64,000 bases of DNA from positions 32,972 through 96,971 of the forward strand of contig JBAVTE010000027.1 of assembly GCA_049695975.1 (NCBI GenBank), in the 5' to 3' direction. Both the position numbers and the translations under genes were made by a program. The notes beneath the pieces are model-generated. The model worked only from the letters and a program-made list of their open reading frames with translations. It was not told the DNA's origin and made no database searches. Position 1 is the stretch's first letter. Every line of letters starts with the position of its first letter. Shown here piece after piece: positions 8,943 to 19,214 of the stretch. The stretch is from Minisyncoccia bacterium (GTDB lineage: Bacteria > Patescibacteriota > Minisyncoccia > Phycocordibacterales > GWA1-40-21).

Positions 8943-11606
8943 ATGTCAAAGAAAATAAAGTATGTGTATGCGTTTGAGGAAGGAAATAAAAGTATGAAAG
9001 AAATTCTTGGAGGAAAAGGAGCAAACCTCGCAGAGATGAAAAGTTTAGGTATCAATGTTCCACCAGGGTTTACCATTTCTACCGAAACTTGTAGAATTTA
9101 TAATGAAATTGGAAAGAAAATTCTTCCTGAAGTTGACGCACAAATACAGAGTAATCTTGTGAGTCTCGAAAAGAAAATGGGAAAAAAGCTTGGTGATGCT
9201 ACAGACCCTCTTCTTGTTTCTGTACGTTCTGGAGCTGTTGCATCGATGCCTGGAATGATGGATACTATTTTAAATCTTGGACTTAATGATAAGTCTGTCG
9301 TTGGTCTTGCAGAAAAGACGGGTAATGCGAGATTTGCATATGACTCATATAGAAGATTGATTCAAATGTTTGGTTCAGTTGTTCTCGAAGTTGAACATTC
9401 TGCCTTTGAGCATATTTTGGAATCAGTAAAAGATACTTGTGGTGCAAAGTACGATACTGATTTGACTGTGGAAAATTTGAAGGAGATTGTAAAAAAATAC
9501 AAGGAAATGGTGAAGAAAGAAACGAAGGCTGAATTTCCTCAGGATCCAAAAAAACAACTCGAACTTTCTATAAAAGCAGTTTTTAATTCTTGGAATAATT
9601 ACAGAGCTATAAGATATAGAGAAATAAATAATATAAAAGGACTCATCGGAACGGCTGTAAATATTCAGGCAATGGTTTTTGGAAATCTTGGTGATGACTC
9701 CGGAACGGGAGTTTGTTTTACTAGAAATCCGTCTACAGGGGAAGCAAAGTTTTATGGTGAATATCTGATGAATGCGCAAGGTGAAGATGTTGTTGCTGGT
9801 ATCAGAACCCCGCTTCCAGTTTCAGCATTGAAGACTCAGAGTCCGAAAATTTATAAAGAACTTGTAGATGTGTGCAATAGAGTTGAGAAGCATTACAAAG
9901 ATATGCAGGATATGGAATTTACGATTCAGCAAGGAGTACTATATATCTTGCAAGCGAGAAATGGAAAGAGAACAGCTACTGCCGCGGTGAAAATTGCTGT
10001 AGATATGGTGAAAGAAAAACTGATCACAAAAGAACAAGCAATACTTAGAATTGACCCAAATCAGCTTAACCAGCTTCTTCACAAACAGTTTGACCCTATC
10101 GCATTAAACAAGGCAGAAGCCATTGCACAGGGTCTTCCAGCGTCTCCAGGTGCAGCCGTGGGAGAAATAGTCTTTACTGCGACAGATGCATTTGAAAAGA
10201 CGAAGAAAGGCTTGGATGTAATTCTTGTTAGAATAGAAACTTCCCCAGAAGACATTGACGGAATGCACAGTGCAAAAGGAATTTTAACTGCAAGGGGTGG
10301 TATGACTTCCCATGCAGCTGTCGTCGCAAGAGGAATGGGAACTTGCTGTGTTGCTGGATGTTCAGATTTGACTATAAATGAAAAAGCAAAAACCTTGATA
10401 GTAAAAGATAAAGGAATTACTTTGAAGGAGGGAGATTTTATTTCACTTGATGGTTCAACAGGAAAAGTTTATGAAGGCAGACTCACTACAGAAGACCCAG
10501 AACTTTCTGGTGACTTTGGTACTTTGATGGCATGGGCTGATGGTTTCCGAAAAATCGGTGTTAGAACAAACGCAGATACTCCGACAGATGCAAAAATGGC
10601 AAGAAAATTCGGTGCGGAAGGTATTGGTCTTTGCAGAACAGAGCACATGTTTTTTGAAGGTAATAGAATTAAAGCCGTAAGAGAAATGATTCTTTCAAAT
10701 GATGTGGAAAGTAGAAAGAAAGCTTTAGCAAAACTTTTACCATATCAGAGAGAAGATTTTGTTGGCCTATTCCATACTATGGAGGGATTCCCAGTAACTG
10801 TGAGATATTTGGACCCACCACTTCACGAATTTTTACCTACAAAAGAAAAAGATATTGCTGAACTTTCTAAAGAAATGAAAGTTAGTGTTGAAATTCTCAA
10901 AGCAAAAATAGATGATCTTCATGAGTTTAATCCTATGCTTGGTCACAGAGGTTGCCGACTTGCCATTACATTTCCAGAAATTTACGATATGCAGACAAAT
11001 GCTGTGATAGAAGCAGCGATTCTTGTCAGCAAAAAGTGTCCTATTTGCGGAAAGAAACACAAAGTTGTTCCTGAAATAATGATTCCTTTAGTTGCTACCA
11101 CAAAAGAATTTGCTGTTTTGAAAGATAGCGTTGTCAAAATAGTAGAAGCAAGACTCAAAGAAGCAAAGATTAAAATGAATTATAAAATTGGAACAATGAT
11201 AGAAGTTCCGAGAGCAGCTCTCGTCGCAGACAAGATAGTAGAAGCTGGCGCAGAATTTTTCTCTTTTGGAACAAATGATCTCACGCAAATGGGTGCGGGA
11301 CTTTCAAGAGATGATGCAGGAAAATTCCTCAAAGAATATGTTGCACAAAATATTTATGAATTCGATCCATTTGAAGTCCTAGATCAAGAGGGGATCGGTG
11401 AGCTCATAAGAATTGCTATCAAGAAAGGAAGAGGTGTAAAGAAAGATTTGAAAGTCGGAATTTGTGGAGAACATGGTGGTGAACCTAGAACTGTGGAGTT
11501 CTGCCACAGAGAAGGATTTTCTTATGTTTCTTGCTCGCCATTCCGAGTGCCTATCGCACGACTTGCAGCAGCACAGGCGGTAGTAAAAGAAAAAGCAAAA
11601 AAATAG
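8943..11606 (+). CDS. ppdK: Pyruvate, phosphate dikinase
   Basis: 887 aa. N-terminus YAFEEGNKSMKEILGGKGANLAEM. PEP-utilising His motif GGMTSHAAVVARGMG. C-terminal PEP/pyruvate-binding domain present. Confidence 0.92.
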   Translation: MSKKIKYVYAFEEGNKSMKEILGGKGANLAEMKSLGINVPPGFTISTETCRIYNEIGKKILPEVDAQIQSNLVSLEKKMGKKLGDATDPLLVSVRSGAVASMPGMMDTILNLGLNDKSVVGLAEKTGNARFAYDSYRRLIQMFGSVVLEVEHSAFEHILESVKDTCGAKYDTDLTVENLKEIVKKYKEMVKKETKAEFPQDPKKQLELSIKAVFNSWNNYRAIRYREINNIKGLIGTAVNIQAMVFGNLGDDSGTGVCFTRNPSTGEAKFYGEYLMNAQGEDVVAGIRTPLPVSALKTQSPKIYKELVDVCNRVEKHYKDMQDMEFTIQQGVLYILQARNGKRTATAAVKIAVDMVKEKLITKEQAILRIDPNQLNQLLHKQFDPIALNKAEAIAQGLPASPGAAVGEIVFTATDAFEKTKKGLDVILVRIETSPEDIDGMHSAKGILTARGGMTSHAAVVARGMGTCCVAGCSDLTINEKAKTLIVKDKGITLKEGDFISLDGSTGKVYEGRLTTEDPELSGDFGTLMAWADGFRKIGVRTNADTPTDAKMARKFGAEGIGLCRTEHMFFEGNRIKAVREMILSNDVESRKKALAKLLPYQREDFVGLFHTMEGFPVTVRYLDPPLHEFLPTKEKDIAELSKEMKVSVEILKAKIDDLHEFNPMLGHRGCRLAITFPEIYDMQTNAVIEAAILVSKKCPICGKKHKVVPEIMIPLVATTKEFAVLKDSVVKIVEARLKEAKIKMNYKIGTMIEVPRAALVADKIVEAGAEFFSFGTNDLTQMGAGLSRDDAGKFLKEYVAQNIYEFDPFEVLDQEGIGELIRIAIKKGRGVKKDLKVGICGEHGGEPRTVEFCHREGFSYVSCSPFRVPIARLAAAQAVVKEKAKK

Positions 11607-11623
11607 ACTGAAACAGGCTTTTA

Positions 11624-11668
11624 AAACCAGCCCCCGCCAATCAGATTGGCGGGGGCTGGTTTGTTTTA
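11624..11668 (+). terminator. Strong rho-independent terminator after ppdK
   Basis: AAACCAGCCCCCGCCAATCAGATTGGCGGGGGCTGGTTTGTTTT. Confidence 0.8.
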
Positions 11669-11673
11669 CTATT

Positions 11674-11737
11674 ATCGTTGACGATAATTTATTTTGCAGT
11701 ATCATTGTACTAAGGTTTAACAATTAAATAAACAAAA
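11674..11737. repeat. 64-bp direct repeat, copy A, containing a promoter-like element (63/64 identical to 18301-18364)
   Basis: ATCGTTGACGATAATTTATTTTGCAGTATCATTGTACTAAGGTTTAACAATTAAATAAACAAAA. Contains TTGACG and TATCAT boxes and a near-palindrome ATCGTTGACGAT. Confidence 0.85.
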
Positions 11738-11819
11738 TAACAACATATAAGATAAAAGTTGACTGATTTTTTTTAATATTTATTTCATACTACTTTATCG
11801 ACGATTTTATAGAATAAAA

Positions 11820-12785
11820 TTAAGTCAAAAGAAGACCTACCATATTTTGTTTGGCCAAATCAAAGTAATACTTACTTATAGCTAGGTCAAAAATCGCCAT
11901 ACCCATAGGATTAAACATCACATTTCTTTTATTAATAAAGAAATTATTTTTTTCATTTAATATATCTACTATCGTTTTGGTATCATTTTTTTGTAGCCCA
12001 CATTCTTTTTGAAACATTTCAATATCAGTGTTTTCTCTACAAACTTCTTCCCAATCATCTACTACAATATTACCTTTTACATACTCAAATATTTTTGGTT
12101 TAAAATCTCTCAGTGAAACGTTTAGAAGCAAAGATCCTTCTTTGGGTATTTGATCAATATATCTAGAATCTGACACTGTACAAGTTATAACTATATCTGA
12201 ATCTTTATAAGCCTCCTGCCAGCTATCAGTAATTATTATTTTATCTTTATCTGTTTCATCTATATTATCTTGTTCAATCTTTTTTAAATCATATAAACAA
12301 TATTTATTTATTTTATTTCCAAATAGTTTACTACACATTTTATAATGAAATTTTCCGATTGGTCCCCACCCTATTATTCCAACAGTTAAATTTTTTCTAG
12401 CACATTGGTCTATGAAGTTTTTTATTATTAAACCACTGACTGAGGCCGTCCTAATAATACTAATGAGGGAAGTATTTATAGAACTCATAATTTCACCAGT
12501 ATCAGCATTATTAAGAACTATTATACTATTTGCTCTTGGTTTACCAATTTTTATATTTTCTGGAAAGCTTGCAATCCACTTTATGCCAGCGACATTAAAA
12601 TTTCCTCCAAGAAAAGCGGGCATTGCAATAATACGATTTTTTAAATTTTTATAACGCAGATATGGTTTTATTGGTTGAGTATAATCTCCCACAGCATAAC
12701 ATTTTACAGCTTCATTTATTATTTCTATAGTTTTATTCCAATCTATACCAATTTTTAATATATCTTTTTCGTTTAAATAAATCAT
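11820..12785 (-). CDS. Ornithine cyclodeaminase/mu-crystallin family NAD-dependent enzyme, SbnB-like
   Basis: Rossmann motif GIIGWGPIG and OCD-family length. Lies immediately downstream of (co-directional with) the SbnA-like gene, as in sbnAB. Confidence 0.65.
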   Translation of the reverse strand: MIYLNEKDILKIGIDWNKTIEIINEAVKCYAVGDYTQPIKPYLRYKNLKNRIIAMPAFLGGNFNVAGIKWIASFPENIKIGKPRANSIIVLNNADTGEIMSSINTSLISIIRTASVSGLIIKNFIDQCARKNLTVGIIGWGPIGKFHYKMCSKLFGNKINKYCLYDLKKIEQDNIDETDKDKIIITDSWQEAYKDSDIVITCTVSDSRYIDQIPKEGSLLLNVSLRDFKPKIFEYVKGNIVVDDWEEVCRENTDIEMFQKECGLQKNDTKTIVDILNEKNNFFINKRNVMFNPMGMAIFDLAISKYYFDLAKQNMVGLLLT

Positions 12786-12791
12786 AATTAT

Positions 12792-13748
12792 TTAATCTAA
12801 TTTACCAAAAAATTTGTTACACCAATTTTTATTGTAGATTGTATTAATGTATCGTTCTCCCCGATCAGGAAAAATTGTAACAACCGTTACTTTATTTTTA
12901 ATTTGTTTATTAATAAAATATTGTTCTATAGCAGAAAATACTGAACCTGAAGAACCACCAGCAAACAAGGAATGATCTTTTAATAGTTTGTGACAAGATT
13001 TTACTGCATCGTTTTCAGGTATAGTTATTATCTCATCAATTTTTGCATTTTTTAATATATCTGGCACGATACTTGATCCTATACCTGGTATGTAGCGCTT
13101 TTCGGCTTTACCACCGAAGATTACAGATCCCTTTGTGTCGACAGCAATTACTTTACAGTTGGGAAATTGTTCTTTTATTTTTCTCGAAACACCAGTAATG
13201 GTTCCTCCAGATCCAACCCCTATAAATATATAATCAATTTTTTGTAAGCTGTCACATATTTCTTTACCAAGTGTTTCGTAGTATGCTTGTGCATTATCTG
13301 GATTGGCATATTGATTTACCCAATATGAATTTATAACCCTATTTAAAAATTTTTTTACTTTTTTAATCCTGTTTATTAAATATCCTCCGCTTTTGTCTTT
13401 ATCTAATACTTTAATTACTCCAGTACTTAATTGATTAAGAAGATATTCATTAGTTTTTGAAATATTAGGATCTATGACACAATAAAATTTTAATCCATTT
13501 ATTTTGCAATAAGTTGCCAAAGATATTCCAAAATTTCCAGATGAGGATTCTATAATTGCTGTTTCTTTGGATATTTTACCAGATTTAAGTAGTTTATCAA
13601 TAATAAAAATAGCAGGACGGTCTTTTATACTTCCTGTTGGATTAAAAGATTCCAATTTTATAAAAAGATCAATATAATTCAGACTTTTAAGTTTGACTTT
13701 GACTAATGGCGTATGACCAACATTATTTAGAGATTCTACAGGTGGCAT
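12792..13748 (-). CDS. PLP-dependent cysteine synthase-fold enzyme, SbnA-like
   Basis: PLP-lysine motif SIKDR and glycine-rich loop GVGSGGTITG. CysK/CysM/SbnA family. Confidence 0.7.
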   Translation of the reverse strand: MPPVESLNNVGHTPLVKVKLKSLNYIDLFIKLESFNPTGSIKDRPAIFIIDKLLKSGKISKETAIIESSSGNFGISLATYCKINGLKFYCVIDPNISKTNEYLLNQLSTGVIKVLDKDKSGGYLINRIKKVKKFLNRVINSYWVNQYANPDNAQAYYETLGKEICDSLQKIDYIFIGVGSGGTITGVSRKIKEQFPNCKVIAVDTKGSVIFGGKAEKRYIPGIGSSIVPDILKNAKIDEIITIPENDAVKSCHKLLKDHSLFAGGSSGSVFSAIEQYFINKQIKNKVTVVTIFPDRGERYINTIYNKNWCNKFFGKLD

Positions 13749-13926
13749 AACATTTTAATATATAAGATTATAACATTATGACCCATTTGACAATGGCAAC
13801 GCTTTACACTACCATATAGTGAGTTTAGTGTTCTTTGAGATACTCTAAAATACAGTTGAGGAAAAAGCCTGTTTCTACGGAATTTCAGCAAAAACCATCG
13901 AAATCTAACCATGAAAGGAGATGTTT

Positions 13927-14931
13927 ATGAGGATATTAATTCTGTATAATCTCGCCAAGATAGTTAAGAAAGGGATTACTAACGATCTGGTTTGTGAGAA
14001 GGAGATTGAAATCATCGTGCCTTTAATAGTTGATTCATTACTTGCACGAGGACATCAAGTTAAAACACTTGAAACAGATCGAAATGTTTGGGAAAAATTA
14101 AAAAAACTCAAACCTGAGATTGATATTGTTCTTAATTTAGCCGAAGGTTTTGGGGGATGTAACATAAACGAAACATTTGTGCCAGCATTATTAGAGGCAT
14201 TAGAGATTCCGTTTACTGGAGCTTCTTCCCGAAACATGATGTTTACGATGGATAAGGAAAAAACAAATCTTGTTTTAGGTGCTTACAATATACCTACACC
14301 TTGTCGAAAATTATTTAGACAAGGACAAAGTAAATTTATTGAGTTAGGTTTGAATTTTCCCGTCATCGTAAAACCCGTTAGAGAAGAGGCTAGTATCGGT
14401 ATTACTTATGATAGTGTCGTCTCAAATCACAAGGATCTTGTTGATAAAGTAGATCGTGTGTTTAAACTTTATCAACAATCGGCTCTTGTTGAAGAATTCA
14501 TAGAGGGTAGAGAAATCTCTGTAGGAATCATTGGAAATGGCACTAATGTCCATGTTTTTCCACCACTCGAGTTTATATTTGAAGATTCTATTCCTGTTTT
14601 AAAAAGAATTAGATCTTATGAATATAAATGGGATGGTGGAAAAGAAGCTATGACCAAAGCAAAGTTACCCGACGATTTGATTACTAAGTTACAGGAGTAT
14701 ACGAAAGTTGCTTACTTAGTAACGGATTGTCGGGATTATGCAAGGATGGATTATCGGTTGACGGATAAGAACGAAATATTTTTACTTGAAGTCAACTATA
14801 ATCCTGGAATTGGACCAAATACTCATGGTCTAAATAATACATTGACCATGATGGCAAGCTTTGAAGGTCATTCATTTGAGGATCTCATCGAATGGATTAT
14901 TTTCACAGCCAAGGAAAGATATGTTTCTTGA
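13927..14931 (+). CDS. ATP-grasp ligase, D-Ala-D-Ala ligase-like
   Basis: FPVIVKP, EEFIEGREISV and the Mg-binding LEVNYNPG motif. AAGGAG sits upstream. The start could be 13921 or 13927. Confidence 0.7.
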   Translation: MRILILYNLAKIVKKGITNDLVCEKEIEIIVPLIVDSLLARGHQVKTLETDRNVWEKLKKLKPEIDIVLNLAEGFGGCNINETFVPALLEALEIPFTGASSRNMMFTMDKEKTNLVLGAYNIPTPCRKLFRQGQSKFIELGLNFPVIVKPVREEASIGITYDSVVSNHKDLVDKVDRVFKLYQQSALVEEFIEGREISVGIIGNGTNVHVFPPLEFIFEDSIPVLKRIRSYEYKWDGGKEAMTKAKLPDDLITKLQEYTKVAYLVTDCRDYARMDYRLTDKNEIFLLEVNYNPGIGPNTHGLNNTLTMMASFEGHSFEDLIEWIIFTAKERYVS

Positions 14932-14995
14932 TTGTATAATGGGGGAGGTGATTAGAAGATAATCATCCTCCCCCATTTTTTATAAAAATTAAATT

Positions 14996-16357
14996 ATGAT
15001 AAATAAAATTTCAAATATAATAATTGCTAATGAAGCAGAGGCTTTTGATAAAATTCTTTGTAGGATTAAAAATGTTAATCAGCGAACAGTAAGGATTAGG
15101 AACGAACACTATCTTTCAAATAGAGCACTTTTTTGGCAAGATGATGATAAAATTATTATTACTCCATTTCCGATTCAAAAAATATTACTTAGGATTGCAA
15201 ATAACACCTTAAATATGCAAAATGTAGAGAACTGGTATCCAAATAATATTGATATAAGTTTGTCTGCTGCAATTATTAAAGATAAGAAGTTATGGAAAAA
15301 ACTTAAAAATACTATAAAAAATAATCCTCAAGTAACTTTATCCCCCTATTCCTATACTAGTGAATTTAGTAAATTAATCAATCTTTTAAGAAAAGAAAAA
15401 ATACATTTCAATGTTGATCAGGAGTCTATTCCTAAATCTGAGTGGTTAACATCATATCTTGGCTCTAAGGTTGGTTTTAGACTAGAAAGTCTGAAATTGA
15501 GCATATTTAAGAAAAATTTTCCAACCACAAAATTTTTCATTTGTGAAAACAAAACAGAAGTAATAAATGTTGTCGCATGGTTTTATAAGAACAAAATGTC
15601 TTGTGTTATTAAGACATCTTATGGTGAGGGTGGTTGGGGATTAATAATGATTAATAAAAATAAATATAATTCAATCGCAAGATTAAAACAGTACATTAAT
15701 GATTTGATGGAAAAAGATCCTATATGGAGTGCGGGTCAATTTGTAGTTGAGGAATTAATTTTATCATATAATAAAAATTATTTAAATTCACCATCATTAG
15801 AAATCTTTGTTGATAATATTGGTCCGACTATAACATATGTATGTAATCAAATTGTAAATAAATCCGGTGAATTTATTGGCATATTGATGGGAAAAGATTG
15901 TATTGATAATAAAATTAAAAAATCTATGTATAATATCGGAAAAATAATTTCCAACAGATATTGGAGTTTGGGTTACCGGGGTTTTTTTGATATAGATTTT
16001 ATTGTTTCTAAGAATAAAACACTTTTCCCAATTGAGACTAACACAAGAAGAACTGGGGGGACACATGTCTTTGATTTGACTAAAAAAATCTTTGGTAAAT
16101 ATTGGGATAAAAAAATAGTAGTACTTTCTTTTGATTCTTTTAATTATGGAAAAACAATTTTCTCGGCTGAAATAATTATAGAAAAAATGTCAAAAATAAC
16201 CTTTCCAATAAATGGAGAAAACGAAGGTGTCGTAATTACCATTATTAGTCAGTATAAACCAGTGTTTGGTTTTATAATTTTTGCTTCAAATAAACACAAG
16301 GTAATGAAAATATACAAAAAATTGACAACTATTTGGAATAAGGATATTGTTAAATAA
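14996..16357 (+). CDS. Second ATP-grasp-fold protein (PGM1-like peptide ligase-like)
   Basis: VIKTSYGEGGWG glycine-rich loop. VEELILSY and FDIDFIV...ETNTRRTGG resemble ATP-grasp Mg/ATP motifs. Confidence 0.5.
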   Translation: MINKISNIIIANEAEAFDKILCRIKNVNQRTVRIRNEHYLSNRALFWQDDDKIIITPFPIQKILLRIANNTLNMQNVENWYPNNIDISLSAAIIKDKKLWKKLKNTIKNNPQVTLSPYSYTSEFSKLINLLRKEKIHFNVDQESIPKSEWLTSYLGSKVGFRLESLKLSIFKKNFPTTKFFICENKTEVINVVAWFYKNKMSCVIKTSYGEGGWGLIMINKNKYNSIARLKQYINDLMEKDPIWSAGQFVVEELILSYNKNYLNSPSLEIFVDNIGPTITYVCNQIVNKSGEFIGILMGKDCIDNKIKKSMYNIGKIISNRYWSLGYRGFFDIDFIVSKNKTLFPIETNTRRTGGTHVFDLTKKIFGKYWDKKIVVLSFDSFNYGKTIFSAEIIIEKMSKITFPINGENEGVVITIISQYKPVFGFIIFASNKHKVMKIYKKLTTIWNKDIVK

Positions 16358-16359
16358 CT

Positions 16360-16866
16360 ATGAAAAAAATAATTCTTAATGTAAAAGCATTTCAAGAGAC
16401 TTTGCATGCTAGTATGTGCGGACCAGCTTCTCTAAAAATCGTCTTTAGTTATTACGCAATTAATAAAAGTGAAAAAGAATTATCCCTTTTGGCAGGAACA
16501 ACAAGTGAATTGGGAACTGATGATAAAGGTATTGTTCGAGCAGCAAAATCACTCGGTTTTAAATGTGTTGTAAAAAATAGAAGTACTTTTTCTGATATTG
16601 AAAAGTGGCTTAAAAAAGGAGTTCCTGTGATTGTTGATTGGTTTACACGTGGACGTGTCGATTATTCTTCTTCTGAAGTTGCAGATGGGCATTTGTCTGT
16701 TGTTATTGGTCTTGATGATAAACATATTTATATTCAGGATCCAGAAATAGGAGAGATACGAATTATGGCAAGAGATGATTTTATGAAAGTTTGGTTTGAT
16801 TTTTCAGGAGAATTTATTAAGCCAAATGAATTGATTATTAGACAAATTATCGTTATCTATAAATAA
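16360..16866 (+). CDS. Peptidase C39-like (papain-fold) domain protein
   Basis: Catalytic Cys context SMCGPASL and downstream His (DGHLSVVIG). 168 aa, standalone domain. Confidence 0.55.
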   Translation: MKKIILNVKAFQETLHASMCGPASLKIVFSYYAINKSEKELSLLAGTTSELGTDDKGIVRAAKSLGFKCVVKNRSTFSDIEKWLKKGVPVIVDWFTRGRVDYSSSEVADGHLSVVIGLDDKHIYIQDPEIGEIRIMARDDFMKVWFDFSGEFIKPNELIIRQIIVIYK

Positions 16867-18255
16867 ATGTTTGAAAAATATCATTTATCTAATAATGCAC
16901 AAATATTAACTAGTTCTGTCCCTGGACAGGAATCCTTAAAATTATTAATCGACCAAGAAAAATATGAGAGTAATAATCGATCATATCCTAGAGACATTCC
17001 TTTGGCTTTTGATTTAGCTAAAGGATCAATTTTACAAGACATTGATGGAAATAGATATATTGATTTTACTTCTATTTGTGGGGTTTTTAATCTGGGACAC
17101 AATAATGAATATATTTTAGAAAGAATGAAATCTATGGAAGGTAAAATATCTCAATCTGTTGATTATCCTACAACTGTAAAAATTAATTTTTTAAAATCCT
17201 TACTTGAGGCTTTGCCAGAGACTTTAAAGGGAAAGTGTAAAGTAAATTTTGGAGGTCCATCTGGTTCTGATGCTGTAGAAGCTGCAATTAAGTTGGCTAG
17301 AATAAACAAAAAGAGACATTCAGTCATAGCTTTTCATGGAGGATATCATGGAATGACGATGGGGGCCTTAAGCGTAACGAGTAAACTATCTCACAGAAAA
17401 GATGCCTCGCCGTTAATTCCTGGAGTTCATTTCTTACCCTATTGTAGTTCTTATAGATGTCCATTTGCTCATGGAGAAAACGGATGCCAACAAGAGTGTA
17501 TAAAATACTTTAAATATGTTTTAGAAAACCCTCATTCTGGAATAGATAAACCTGCCGCTATCATTATTGAACCAATTCAAGGAGAGGGTGGAACATACAT
17601 TCCTCCTGAGGGATGGTTAGAAGCTATAACAAAAATTGCTCACGATAATGACATTCTTGTTATTTTTGATGAAATTCAGTCTGGTTTTTACAGAACAGGA
17701 AGATTGTTTTCTTTTGAACATACAAAAGCTGTGCCAGATATTATTACTATGTCAAAAGGTATAGGAGGAGTAGGTTTTCCTCTCTCACTAATAATATATA
17801 AGAAAGAACTTGATATTTGGGAACCAGGAACTCACATAGGTACTTTTCGAGGTAGTCAATTAGCCATGGCTGCAGGTACAGCGGCTTTACAGTTTATTAA
17901 AGATTTTAATATTGAAAATTATGTAAGTGATCTAGGAAAGAAAATGCTTGATCGATTAACTATTATTAAAAACGTATCTTCCTATATTGGAGAGGTTAGA
18001 GGTATTGGTATGATGTTTGGAATAGAATATGTAAAAGATAAAAAAAGCAAAGAACCATTTGCTGATATGGCCACTGAAGTTAAGAAAAAGTGTTATGAGA
18101 ATGGTTTAATCGTAGAAAAAGGTGGCTATTATAATAATGTAATTAGGTTTCTTCCTCCTCTTATTACTACTCAAATAATTGCACAAAATGGATTGGATAT
18201 TTTTGAAAAAGCTAATAAATTAGCAGAAGTAATGAATACGAAAAAAGATTATTAA
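16867..18255 (+). CDS. Class-III PLP aminotransferase (diaminobutyrate/omega-amino acid transaminase-like)
   Basis: DEIQSGFYRTG motif and PLP-lysine in TMSKGIGG. Start abuts the preceding stop (TAAATG). Confidence 0.8.
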   Translation: MFEKYHLSNNAQILTSSVPGQESLKLLIDQEKYESNNRSYPRDIPLAFDLAKGSILQDIDGNRYIDFTSICGVFNLGHNNEYILERMKSMEGKISQSVDYPTTVKINFLKSLLEALPETLKGKCKVNFGGPSGSDAVEAAIKLARINKKRHSVIAFHGGYHGMTMGALSVTSKLSHRKDASPLIPGVHFLPYCSSYRCPFAHGENGCQQECIKYFKYVLENPHSGIDKPAAIIIEPIQGEGGTYIPPEGWLEAITKIAHDNDILVIFDEIQSGFYRTGRLFSFEHTKAVPDIITMSKGIGGVGFPLSLIIYKKELDIWEPGTHIGTFRGSQLAMAAGTAALQFIKDFNIENYVSDLGKKMLDRLTIIKNVSSYIGEVRGIGMMFGIEYVKDKKSKEPFADMATEVKKKCYENGLIVEKGGYYNNVIRFLPPLITTQIIAQNGLDIFEKANKLAEVMNTKKDY

Positions 18256-18300
18256 TTTTTTTATAAATGACAAATTTATATAAAGTGATTATTGGATAAA

Positions 18301-18364
18301 ATCGTTGACGATAATTTATTTTGCAGTATCATTATACTAAGGTTTAACAATTAAATAAACAAAA
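18301..18364. repeat. 64-bp direct repeat, copy B, immediately upstream of the CAP-domain gene start
   Basis: 63/64 identical to 11674-11737. Ends 3 nt before ATG 18367. Confidence 0.85.
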
Positions 18365-18366
18365 AT

Positions 18367-19212
18367 ATGATAAATTTTTCTGAACAATTTGAACCAAAAA
18401 ATTCTTCTAAAAGAACGCAGACTTATAGTGCGATTGCTTTTACTTTATTTTTACTCGCGGTCATTATTATCGGTCAGACAAATATATTCCCCAATGTATC
18501 TAATTTTGTTTCTACAAAGGTTTCTACACTTGCCGATGTTATCTCTTCAGTGCTTGTTTTCGAAACAAATAATTTTAGAGCATTAAATAATGAAAATAGA
18601 TTAGTTGTGAGCTCCTTACTTACCCAAGCAGCACAGCTCAAGGCTGATGATATGGCGAGAAAAGGTTATTTTTCGCACATTTCGCCAAATGGTGATGAGC
18701 CATGGATATGGTTTGATAAAATAGGTTACAAATATGATTATGCTGGGGAAAATCTTGCTGTTGATTTTAATGAATCGACCGATGTCACTTCAGCCTGGAT
18801 CAATTCTGCCAAGCATGAAGCAAACTTATTGAATACACATTTTACTGAAATGGGTGTCGGTATTGCAAAAGGTATGTATGAAGGACATGTGACGAACTAT
18901 GTAGTTCAGTTTTTTGCTTCACCTTTGACTGCAAAAATAAACACAGCTGAAGTGAATCAAAAGAGCATAGTTCCATCTGTAGGAAATGAGCCGATCATTT
19001 TACAATTTTCTGCATTTACAAGTCCGACAGTAGCTGTCGCTACTAGATCGACTCCCTCAGACGGGGCCATTCTCGGTGCGGAAACACAAAGCAAAAAGTT
19101 AAATCAAAATACTGATAATCAAATGCAAACATTTGTGATTGCACTTATGGCCATTATTGTCCTTTTTCTCGTAGTTGTAATGACGAAAAAAAGAAAGTTT
19201 AAAAAAAGCTAA
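18367..19212 (+). CDS. Membrane-anchored CAP/SCP/PR-1-like domain protein
   Basis: N- and C-terminal TM helices. CAP motifs GYFSHISPNGDEPW and HEANLLNTHFTEMGVGIA. Confidence 0.6.
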   Translation: MINFSEQFEPKNSSKRTQTYSAIAFTLFLLAVIIIGQTNIFPNVSNFVSTKVSTLADVISSVLVFETNNFRALNNENRLVVSSLLTQAAQLKADDMARKGYFSHISPNGDEPWIWFDKIGYKYDYAGENLAVDFNESTDVTSAWINSAKHEANLLNTHFTEMGVGIAKGMYEGHVTNYVVQFFASPLTAKINTAEVNQKSIVPSVGNEPIILQFSAFTSPTVAVATRSTPSDGAILGAETQSKKLNQNTDNQMQTFVIALMAIIVLFLVVVMTKKRKFKKS

Positions 19213-19214
19213 AA

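Noticed and set aside
12412-12654. 80-aa plus-strand ORF
   Set aside because: Antisense inside the SbnB-like gene. Spurious.
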